Origin: a virus
Taxonomy: Duplodnaviria; Heunggongvirae; Uroviricota; Caudoviricetes
Virus record (IMG/VR): IMGVR_UViG_2737471853_000005
Span: 1 to 7,166 of that record
Length of the DNA stretch: 7,166 bases
Strand: one strand, 5' to 3'
Below, piece by piece: positions 1 to 6,310 of this stretch. The first letter of the stretch is position 1. Every line of letters starts with the position of its first letter. The notes under the pieces were generated by a model, which saw only the letters and a list, made by a program, of their open reading frames with translations, ran no database searches and had not been told where the DNA came from. Made by a program: the position numbers and the translations under genes.

Positions 1-162
1 TTCCTGCTGCTGTTCCTGCTCAGCAGGATTTTCTGATTCATCGAGCATCGCATAGCCTTTTTTGATGAGCTCGCGACCGTGCTGTTCCAGAGTTTCCAGC
101 GGAAGCCCCTCAGTAACGACGGTACCGCCGAAATAAATCGGTTTGAGTGCGATCAGTTTCAT
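1..162 (-). CDS. Partial CDS (N-terminus present, C-terminus beyond window edge); hypothetical phage head-associated protein immediately downstream of the major capsid gene
   Basis: ATG at 162-160 preceded by GGTGGG SD-like motif (172-167 on minus strand); my own translation is open for 54 codons to the window edge (MKLIALKPIYFGGTVVTEGLPLETLEQHGRELIKKGYAMLDESENPAEQEQQQE...). Absent from the supplied ORF track, presumably because it has no stop. Function inferred only from position (head-completion or connector genes usually follow the capsid gene). Confidence 0.5.
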   Translation of the reverse strand, partial: MKLIALKPIYFGGTVVTEGLPLETLEQHGRELIKKGYAMLDESENPAEQEQQQE

Positions 163-178
163 TTTCCCACCTGTGAAA

Positions 179-194
179 GCGGCCCGAAGGCCGC
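179..194 (-). terminator. GC-rich stem-loop between capsid gene stop and next gene; on the operon mRNA it reads GCGGCC-UUCG-GGCCGC (6-bp stem, UUCG tetraloop); possible attenuator or RNA-stabilising hairpin
   Basis: Perfect inverted repeat gcggcc/ggccgc with 4-nt loop at 179-194. On the plus strand it is followed by a T5 run (197-201), so it looks like an intrinsic terminator for antisense transcription; on the minus strand it is followed only by UUUCAC, so at most a partial terminator. Confidence 0.45.
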
Positions 195-202
195 AGTTTT
201 TA

Positions 203-1414
203 TCAGCTACCTGAGCCAGTGCTGAAAGAGCCATACACGAACGCTTCAGGGCGTTTGACGGCCAGCGCCAGACGTTCTTCGCAACGGATGGTGATCATGT
301 TTTTCTCGAAGTCGTCGGCGTTCTCCGTGGAGATAACCACGTTCGCATCTTCGCGGTCGAAGATTTGCGCGCCAGCGTTAAATACACCGGTCAGGAATTT
401 ACCCTGGAAGGCTGCCGCTTCCGTTGCAACAACTGGCAGGCCCCACAGAGTCGGACCAGTCAGCGCCGCAGGGTTCGCCAGAATGTAACGACCCAGGCTG
501 TCTTTGGTCAGCTCGATCCGCGCCCAGTCAATGAAGTGAAGAACATGACCAGATGCCGGGAAGCGTGCCAGCTGTGCCTGCAACATTGCCAGTCGCAGAT
601 CGTCAATCCCGCTCTGCTGTTCGACAGTGAACGCCGGATTGAACGCTGACGCCTGAGGAACGATGCCGTGCAGATGAACGCCGGTACCGTCACCGAAGAG
701 AATTTCCTGCTCTTCTGCATACTTCAGCCCGTAGCGCATTTCGGCATCAACGGTGGACTGCAACTGTGCGAAGTCATCCAGGATCTGCTTTGAGGCTTTG
801 AACAGGTGGGCAATGGTGCTGACGCCAGTGATTTTCGGCGTGAACTCAATTTCGCTGTATGGTTTCTGCGTATTTTCAGGAACCACTTTCGCGTTATTGG
901 TAAAGCCTGTCTGCTGCACCCAGAAAATAGCTGAGGATGACGTACGGCCTGGAGCAATCAGATCGCGGATGAACAGGCGCTGTTTCGGCGCCGTATCAAT
1001 ACCCGGCAGGCGCTGTGGCTCCACAACACCATCAGGCACATCCACCGAAGTCAGGGCAGCCTTAACCGGGATGCTGATGCGCTTACCGCCTTCCACGCTG
1101 GAAGCAAAGGTTTTCAGGGCTTCAGCGGAGATCACCTGGTGGCCAACGGACTCGACAACCTGTTTCGCGTTTGCCAGCGGCATCTGGGCAACATGTTGCT
1201 CCAGTTCGCCCATTGCGGCCTTCAGGGTTTTTTCAGCTTCACGCAGCGCATTGAACTCAGAAGCCATTTTATCAACGGCAGCTTTTGTTTCTTCTGACAG
1301 CCTGCCTGACTTCTGCGCCTCTTTGAGTGCGTCTTCTGCTTTCGCGTTGAATTTGCCGGTTGCCTCTTCAATGCTGGCAGTGACTTTTTTCAGAATTTCG
1401 TTTACTTCAGACAT
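203..1414 (-). CDS. Major capsid protein, HK97 family (with N-terminal delta/scaffolding domain)
   Basis: 403-aa ORF; ATG at 1414-1412 with AAGGA SD overlapping the upstream stop; C-terminus ...KNMITIRCEERLALAVKRPEAFVYGSFSTGSGS closely resembles HK97 gp5 (...KNMLTILCEERLALAHYRPTAIIKGTFSSGS, recalled from memory); N-terminal ~110 aa Ala/Glu/Lys-rich and coiled-coil-like, as in the gp5 delta domain; stop TGA at 205-203. Confidence 0.95.
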   Translation of the reverse strand: MSEVNEILKKVTASIEEATGKFNAKAEDALKEAQKSGRLSEETKAAVDKMASEFNALREAEKTLKAAMGELEQHVAQMPLANAKQVVESVGHQVISAEALKTFASSVEGGKRISIPVKAALTSVDVPDGVVEPQRLPGIDTAPKQRLFIRDLIAPGRTSSSAIFWVQQTGFTNNAKVVPENTQKPYSEIEFTPKITGVSTIAHLFKASKQILDDFAQLQSTVDAEMRYGLKYAEEQEILFGDGTGVHLHGIVPQASAFNPAFTVEQQSGIDDLRLAMLQAQLARFPASGHVLHFIDWARIELTKDSLGRYILANPAALTGPTLWGLPVVATEAAAFQGKFLTGVFNAGAQIFDREDANVVISTENADDFEKNMITIRCEERLALAVKRPEAFVYGSFSTGSGS

Positions 1415-1423
1415 AAAGGGTCC

Positions 1424-2272
1424 TTATTTGACTAACGCCGCAAGAGCGCTTTCAAGTGAATTGAGGGTTTCAGGTTTGATATCTTCGGCAGCGCCCGGCG
1501 TACCGTCGTTGGTGGTGACAGCGCCAGGCATGCCACCGGATAAGGCTTTAATGAGTTTTCTGCGCTCAGAGCGCGGGGTGTTGGTTTTAGCCAGCAGCGC
1601 ATCAAGTTTTCGAAGCGCGGCCGCGGGTGATTCATCGCCATCACTGACTGCATCAGCAGAAAGCAGGCTGTCTGCCAGTCCCTTCGCCACAGCGTCACTG
1701 CCACCGATATAACTCTCGGCGTCCATCAGTTTCTGAACGGCTGCCATATCAAGGCCGGAACGCGCCGCGTAGATGTCTGCCATAGCGGTATCGAACGGCT
1801 CAAGAGACTGTGCCAGTTCCGCAAAGTCATGGCGGTTACCCATCGCGTAGACCCAGCAGTTGTGGATCATCAGGAAGGCACCACGGCCGATCTGAATTTC
1901 ATCCCCGGCCATCGCAATGACCGAGGCGGCGCTGGCGGCAATACCGAGCACCTTCACAGTCACACGGCCTTCGTATTCACGCAGAAGGTTGTAGATGGCC
2001 AGGCCTTCGAACATGTCCCCGCCAGGGGAGTTAATATTGACCGTGACGTCGGCGCCATTCATCGCCCGAAGCGCACCGGCGATACGTTTGGCTGTTACGC
2101 CTTCACCCCAGTAGTCCTGCCCGATCACATCAAAAACAGAAATACTGTTGTCGTCGGTGGCCGCAGCTTTGATCCCGCCGTCCCAGCGGTCCAGTGCGGA
2201 CGGTAATGTTTCACAGGTAACGCGCGCGCAGGGGCGACCCGCCGGTGCTACCGGAAGTTGTTTTTTGCTCAT
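1424..2272 (-). CDS. Prohead (head maturation) serine protease, ClpP-like (peptidase S14 fold) with ~90-aa C-terminal extension
   Basis: 282-aa ORF; motifs NINSPGGDMFEGLAIYN, GIAASAAS (catalytic Ser context) and LMIHNCW (His) match ClpP hallmarks INSPGG / GQAASMG / MIHQP; sits between portal and capsid genes as in HK97-like head modules; ATG 2272-2270, stop TAA 1426-1424. Confidence 0.9.
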   Translation of the reverse strand: MSKKQLPVAPAGRPCARVTCETLPSALDRWDGGIKAAATDDNSISVFDVIGQDYWGEGVTAKRIAGALRAMNGADVTVNINSPGGDMFEGLAIYNLLREYEGRVTVKVLGIAASAASVIAMAGDEIQIGRGAFLMIHNCWVYAMGNRHDFAELAQSLEPFDTAMADIYAARSGLDMAAVQKLMDAESYIGGSDAVAKGLADSLLSADAVSDGDESPAAALRKLDALLAKTNTPRSERRKLIKALSGGMPGAVTTNDGTPGAAEDIKPETLNSLESALAALVK

Positions 2273-2284
2273 CAGGAAGTGCTC

Positions 2285-3589
2285 CTAAGCGGCCTGTTTC
2301 AGCGGAGATTGTTCAAAGGAAATATCGGGGAATACGTGGTTATGCAGTTCTCTCAGGGCCAGAGCCTGAACAGCAGGATTGCTGCTTTCGAGATTTTTCA
2401 GTTGCGTCAGGTTGAGCTGAACGGTGTAAATGTCACCCCCTTCAATCGGTGGCATATTCTCAAGACGGCGCACGTCATTGCGGGACATCCACCCATTCTG
2501 GAGCGCGCTGGTATAGTACGCAGCACGGCCCGCGCTGTCGGCGCGCAGCAGACCTTCTACAGAGAACTCCGCGAACACCTCATCATCGCTGTCCAGCAGG
2601 CACCGTCCTATTTCCTGTTCTATGTTCACCAACAGGGGTCGCAGGGTGTGCGTCAGGAACTGGAGGTTCATGCCCTCCAGACTGGATGCCCAGCTGCTTT
2701 GCTTCGTGGTGTGACCGACCATGAAAGGCGGAACGCGAAACCAGCGACAGATTTCCTCAATACTGAAAGAGCGGCTTTCCAGCATCTGGGCGTCTTCGGG
2801 ATTCATGGTGACGCCCTGGTACTTCAATCCGCCTTCAAGCACCATGATTTTCCCGGCGTTTTTTGAACCGGTAAATGCAGCCATGTAGCTGCGAAGTCTT
2901 TCACGTTGTTCGTGATCCAGCGCACCCTCAGCGGAGAGAAAACCTGAACTCTGAAGCCCCTGTTCAAAAATCTTCGCGGCAGACTCCTCAACCGCCATTG
3001 CAGAACCGATCACATCCCGCCCTGTTTTCATCGGCATCATGCCGCAAACACCGTCAAGACCGAACCCGCGAATGTGCATGATGTTTTTGACGGGAATGAC
3101 GCGCTCGTTACCGTTTTCAGTGTATTTGTATTCCAGCGCCCCGGTCGTGAGACGTTTAACCACCATGTTCTGCGGCAGCAAAGGCACCAGAGAAACCAGG
3201 CGGTTTGCGATGAATTTCTTCTCAATGAAGGCGTTCCCGCGCAGGCAAATACTGGCGACCACCATCAACATAAATCGTGATGGTGTCATTTCTGAATTGG
3301 GTCGGCGGCACAGTATCGAATAGGCCGGATGATCGGTTGCCGCTTTACGCGAACCGTCAGGCTGTCGAACGTATATTTTCAGCGGAAGGGTTGAAATAGA
3401 CTCGCTTAACAGTCTTACACATGCCCACACAGCCGATAGCTGGATGGCTTTATCGGCCGTTACCACCTTTCCGCTGCTGCTGGTACCAAACCATTCCTCC
3501 CAGAATGTGCCGGTAGTCAGGCTGATAGGCACACCAAGCCAGTTGAGCAGAGCACTTTTAACCCTGCCTGGCCGTTTGTTTTTTTTCAT
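2285..3589 (-). CDS. Portal protein (HK97-family phage portal)
   Basis: 434-aa ORF immediately downstream of terminase large subunit, with start ATG sharing one base with the terminase stop (TGATG at 3591-3587); size and position typical of portal proteins; sequence pattern consistent with HK97-type portals as I recall them. Confidence 0.88.
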   Translation of the reverse strand: MKKNKRPGRVKSALLNWLGVPISLTTGTFWEEWFGTSSSGKVVTADKAIQLSAVWACVRLLSESISTLPLKIYVRQPDGSRKAATDHPAYSILCRRPNSEMTPSRFMLMVVASICLRGNAFIEKKFIANRLVSLVPLLPQNMVVKRLTTGALEYKYTENGNERVIPVKNIMHIRGFGLDGVCGMMPMKTGRDVIGSAMAVEESAAKIFEQGLQSSGFLSAEGALDHEQRERLRSYMAAFTGSKNAGKIMVLEGGLKYQGVTMNPEDAQMLESRSFSIEEICRWFRVPPFMVGHTTKQSSWASSLEGMNLQFLTHTLRPLLVNIEQEIGRCLLDSDDEVFAEFSVEGLLRADSAGRAAYYTSALQNGWMSRNDVRRLENMPPIEGGDIYTVQLNLTQLKNLESSNPAVQALALRELHNHVFPDISFEQSPLKQAA

Positions 3590-5325
3590 CAGAAACCTAC
3601 CATGATGGGATTATTGAAGAATCCGGAGAGATCCTGCTGGTCGTTGCCACCGTTAACCAGAACGCGGCTCATTGCTGTGAACAAGGCCGCAGGGCCATCA
3701 ATCTTGGCCTCTGGTGTGGACTTATTCGGGAAAATGTTCTCGTTCCGGTCCGGTTTGACGGTTACGTTAGACATCATCCAGTTCATCACCGGGTGATCGC
3801 TGTGATGGAAGCGGCCACCGTATACCAGCGCTTCGACCTCTTTCATCGCCTCAGAGAAATTGCGAACCGTCTGCGGCACTTCCACCAGCGGCAATCCTTC
3901 TTCTGCCAGCGCAAGGCTGAACTGCGTCGCACTCCACGGATCGAAGCCAATTTCTTTCAGGCTCTCACCAGCAACCCACAACTGTAGCTCTTCCTTAATC
4001 TGAGCATGGTCGATTACATCACCGTCGGTAAGGATCAGCTTGTCCATCCCGGCCCACTTACGATAGAGCTCTGCCATCTGGCGTGAACATTTCTCAAGGC
4101 GTCCTTCCGGTAGCCAGAATTTGAAATCCGCATGAACGTGGCCATCTGGCGCGCGCCAGACTTTAGCGGCCGCACAGATATCAATTTTGTTTGACAGGTC
4201 AACGCCCACCCAGGAGGGATAGGTTTTAAGTTCGTGCTGCGGGGCGATAAACTCGCATTTCTCCCATTTCATCATGTCCATCCAAGCTGACTCAGCGGTA
4301 ACCCAGATATTCATGTGCTTAGTGAAAAAGTTGATTCTGGCCGAAACCTGCTCTTTCGCCTTTTTAGCCAGGCGGCGCAGGTCATCCCAGCGCTTACAGA
4401 TACCCAGCCCCGGATTCGCCTTCTGCCAGACTTTTTCATCAAAGGGATCGTCACCTTCATCTAAGGTGTAGATGATGGCAAAAAACGTATCGTCTTTAAC
4501 CAGGCCGCGCAGGACCTTGATTGCGTAATCGCGTAGTTCGTAACAGATACCTTCTTTGTTGAAGCCGGCGGTGGTGATACCGAAAAGCAGCGATTGCAGG
4601 CGCGCGCCGGTGGCCGTCTCCAGAACGTCCCAAACGTCACGGGTTTTGTGAGCATGCAGCTCGTCGACGATGGCACAGTGGATGTTCAGGCCGTCGAGGT
4701 TGTTCGCATCTGATGATAAAGGCTCGAATTTGGAGGCCGTTTGCTCCTGGTAGATAGCGAGCTTGTTGAATTCGAAGATCCGCCCAAGAGTGGCTTTCGC
4801 CTTCTTGACCATATTCTTCGCGTCTTCAAAAACAATTCGTGCCTGGTCTCGGGTGGTTGCAGCGGAATAAACCTCCGCACCGCCCTCGCCGTCGGCGCCA
4901 GCCATATAAAGCCCCACGCCAGAGCAAAGCGTTGATTTAGCATTTTTACGAGCCACCTCAACATCTGCTGTCCGGAAGCGCCGAACCATTACTGGACGAC
5001 CGCTGCCGTCGTTACGCAAAACGGTTTCTCCCGTTTCTTCGTTAACCAGCGGGATCACGAAACCAAAAATATTAATCAGGATGAAAACGTGCCAGTCCAT
5101 CAGCTCAATAGGCTGCCCTGCCAGTGCGCCTTTTACGTGAGGTACAAAATTATAGAAATTCAGAATGTGCTGCGCGCGCGGTTCACTGAAGAAAATACCG
5201 CGCTCTTCGCCGTGTGCCAGATCGTCAAGAAAACGCTGGCAGGCAAGGCGCACATACTCACAGGCAATAATCTCCCCAGCAACCACCCTCTCGGCGTAGC
5301 GGATGCCTTCTGCAACCTTCGCCAT
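3589..5325 (-). CDS. terL: Terminase large subunit (ATPase/nuclease)
   Basis: 578-aa ORF; located between terminase small subunit and portal; start ATG overlaps terS stop (TAATG at 5327-5323) with GAGGGA SD inside the terS 3' end; length and overall sequence character typical of terminase large subunits. Confidence 0.9.
   Translation of the reverse strand: MAKVAEGIRYAERVVAGEIIACEYVRLACQRFLDDLAHGEERGIFFSEPRAQHILNFYNFVPHVKGALAGQPIELMDWHVFILINIFGFVIPLVNEETGETVLRNDGSGRPVMVRRFRTADVEVARKNAKSTLCSGVGLYMAGADGEGGAEVYSAATTRDQARIVFEDAKNMVKKAKATLGRIFEFNKLAIYQEQTASKFEPLSSDANNLDGLNIHCAIVDELHAHKTRDVWDVLETATGARLQSLLFGITTAGFNKEGICYELRDYAIKVLRGLVKDDTFFAIIYTLDEGDDPFDEKVWQKANPGLGICKRWDDLRRLAKKAKEQVSARINFFTKHMNIWVTAESAWMDMMKWEKCEFIAPQHELKTYPSWVGVDLSNKIDICAAAKVWRAPDGHVHADFKFWLPEGRLEKCSRQMAELYRKWAGMDKLILTDGDVIDHAQIKEELQLWVAGESLKEIGFDPWSATQFSLALAEEGLPLVEVPQTVRNFSEAMKEVEALVYGGRFHHSDHPVMNWMMSNVTVKPDRNENIFPNKSTPEAKIDGPAALFTAMSRVLVNGGNDQQDLSGFFNNPIMVGF
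3883..3890 (-). other. Chi octamer (5'-GCTGGTGG-3' on minus strand)
   Basis: Exact ccaccagc on plus strand at 3883-3890. Functional only if the host uses the E. coli-type RecBCD Chi sequence. Confidence 0.5.
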
Positions 5326-5798
5326 TAATCCCTCGCTTTCATAAACTCGGCCAGCGGGTCAACCGCATCAGGACCTTTTGCATTCACTTTCGTGCGGCTG
5401 GCTGGCGTCATGCCGAACTCACCAAGCATGGCGCGCAGACGTTTCCAGGCATCAGCTTTCATGATGGCGGCGGGGTGAGCCTTGATCAGCACATCCCCGC
5501 TCTGCGTTTCGGTCCGGTAGGTATAGCCCTCAACTTCAAGCGTGTCGCAGTGATGCCGGTATTCGGTATAAGCCTCAACCAGCAGTTCAAGGGCTCTGGC
5601 GTCCAGCTGAGACATCACACCGATAGCATCAAGCTCGTCGGCCATCCGTTTAAACCAGTATTTCCCCTGCTTGTCGAAATGCTTCGGCGTTGGGGGTACC
5701 CCTGAAGGGGGTTTTGGTTCGTTCTCATTGATCGGGCGTTTAGATGGGTTCCCCCTCACCAAACGTAGATGGGTCGGGGTTTTCGGTGGTCCAGACAT
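5325..5798 (-). CDS. terS: Terminase small subunit, P27 family
   Basis: 157-aa ORF; N-terminus MSGPPKTPTHLRLVRGNPSKRPINENEPKPP and C-terminal FGMTPASR match the conserved pattern of P27-family small terminases (RGNPGKRP.NENEP...FGLTPASR); AGGAG SD 9 nt upstream of ATG 5798-5796. Confidence 0.88.
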   Translation of the reverse strand: MSGPPKTPTHLRLVRGNPSKRPINENEPKPPSGVPPTPKHFDKQGKYWFKRMADELDAIGVMSQLDARALELLVEAYTEYRHHCDTLEVEGYTYRTETQSGDVLIKAHPAAIMKADAWKRLRAMLGEFGMTPASRTKVNAKGPDAVDPLAEFMKARD

Positions 5799-5955
5799 AA
5801 TCGAAAACTCCTATTAATCATCGAGTGGGGGACCCCATAAAAAAGTTTTCTAACCTGCGGCGATGTGAAAAGAGGTTGGGCGGCGGTCCTTTGGCGCGTC
5901 GTTCCTGAACTTTCAACCCGCCCTCCCCCTCGGTCGATTCAAATGAGAATTGATG
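5799..5955. other. Candidate cos / packaging-initiation region (intergenic, between HNH endonuclease and terminase small subunit)
   Basis: Only sizeable non-coding gap in the operon (157 bp), at the position where HK97-like phages carry cos. Contains GGGCGGCGGTCCT (5878-5890), resembling the lambda cosN cohesive-end 12-mer GGGCGGCGACCT, a polypurine/polypyrimidine GC-rich tract (5919-5934), and an inverted repeat at its edge. Cut site not determinable from sequence. Confidence 0.45.
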
Positions 5956-5966
5956 TCATTTGAGTC
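5936..5966. repeat. Inverted repeat / hairpin (gattcaaatga ... tcatttgagtc, 9-nt loop) overlapping the HNH stop codon
   Basis: tcaaatga (5939-5946) is the exact reverse complement of tcatttga (5956-5963); flanking bases extend the stem to ~11 bp with one wobble. Not followed by a U-tract on either strand. Confidence 0.6.
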
Positions 5967-6306
5967 TTTCGACCGCTGTCTTCGCCCTGTGGCAAGGCTT
6001 GCAGAGGCTTTCGAGGTTGGACAGGTCATCGGTCCCCCCATTTGCTTTGGCGGTGATGTGGTCCACCGTCTCAGCGGGTGTATACCTTCCATTTCGCAGG
6101 CATTCCTGACAAAGGTGTTTATCTCTGTCGAGAACGATTGGGCGCAGCCTGTCCCACTTACTGCCATAGCCGCGCTGATGTCGGCTCTGTCCCCGCTGAT
6201 GCTGCTGCCAGCCTTCGTTAAGGTGCTTGGGACAATAGCCTGAGCGATCTGTGGTTGTGCCGGGGCAGCCACGCTTGCGGCATGCCCTTGGTATCAACGC
6301 AGGCAT
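5956..6306 (-). CDS. HNH endonuclease (terminase-associated, cos-cleavage accessory type)
   Basis: C-terminal CQECLRNGRYTPAETVDHITAKANGGTDDLSNLESLCKPCHRAKT is a classic HNH motif (CxxC...H...N...CxxCH). Located directly upstream of cos/terS, as for HK97 gp74-like HNH proteins. I place the start at ATG 6306-6304 (GGAGG SD 8 nt upstream) rather than the GTG at 6321 used by the ORF track. Confidence 0.9.
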   Translation of the reverse strand: MPALIPRACRKRGCPGTTTDRSGYCPKHLNEGWQQHQRGQSRHQRGYGSKWDRLRPIVLDRDKHLCQECLRNGRYTPAETVDHITAKANGGTDDLSNLESLCKPCHRAKTAVERLK

Positions 6307-6310
6307 CAGG

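Noticed and set aside
753-1712. 319-aa plus-strand ORF spanning the capsid and protease genes
   Set aside because: Antisense to two well-supported genes; Ser/Ala/Arg-rich low-complexity translation typical of the reverse frame of GC-rich coding DNA; no SD or functional motif.
1829-2866. Plus-strand ORFs 1829..2206 (125 aa), 2258..2866 (202 aa) and 2449..2724 (91 aa) antisense to protease and portal
   Set aside because: Entirely embedded antisense in strongly supported minus-strand genes; translations lack recognisable domains; best explained as shadow ORFs.
5826-5850. GGGGGACCCC palindrome-like element followed by an A6 run (possible terminator or operator)
   Set aside because: Stem would leave only a 1-2 nt loop, which is sterically implausible; no adjacent U-tract on the transcribed strand; kept only as part of the general cos-region description.
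5799-5955. Sigma-70 promoter or IHF site in the HNH-terS intergenic region
   Set aside because: No -35/-10 pair with acceptable spacing on the minus strand and no good match to the IHF consensus WATCAANNNNTTR; late operons of this type are normally transcribed by read-through from an upstream late promoter.
5913-6272. 119-aa minus-strand ORF overlapping the HNH gene in another frame, and plus-strand ORF 5950..6243
   Set aside because: The HNH frame carries the diagnostic motifs; these alternative frames give Ala/Ser/Gly-rich or Cys-poor sequence with no motifs and would start inside the putative cos region.
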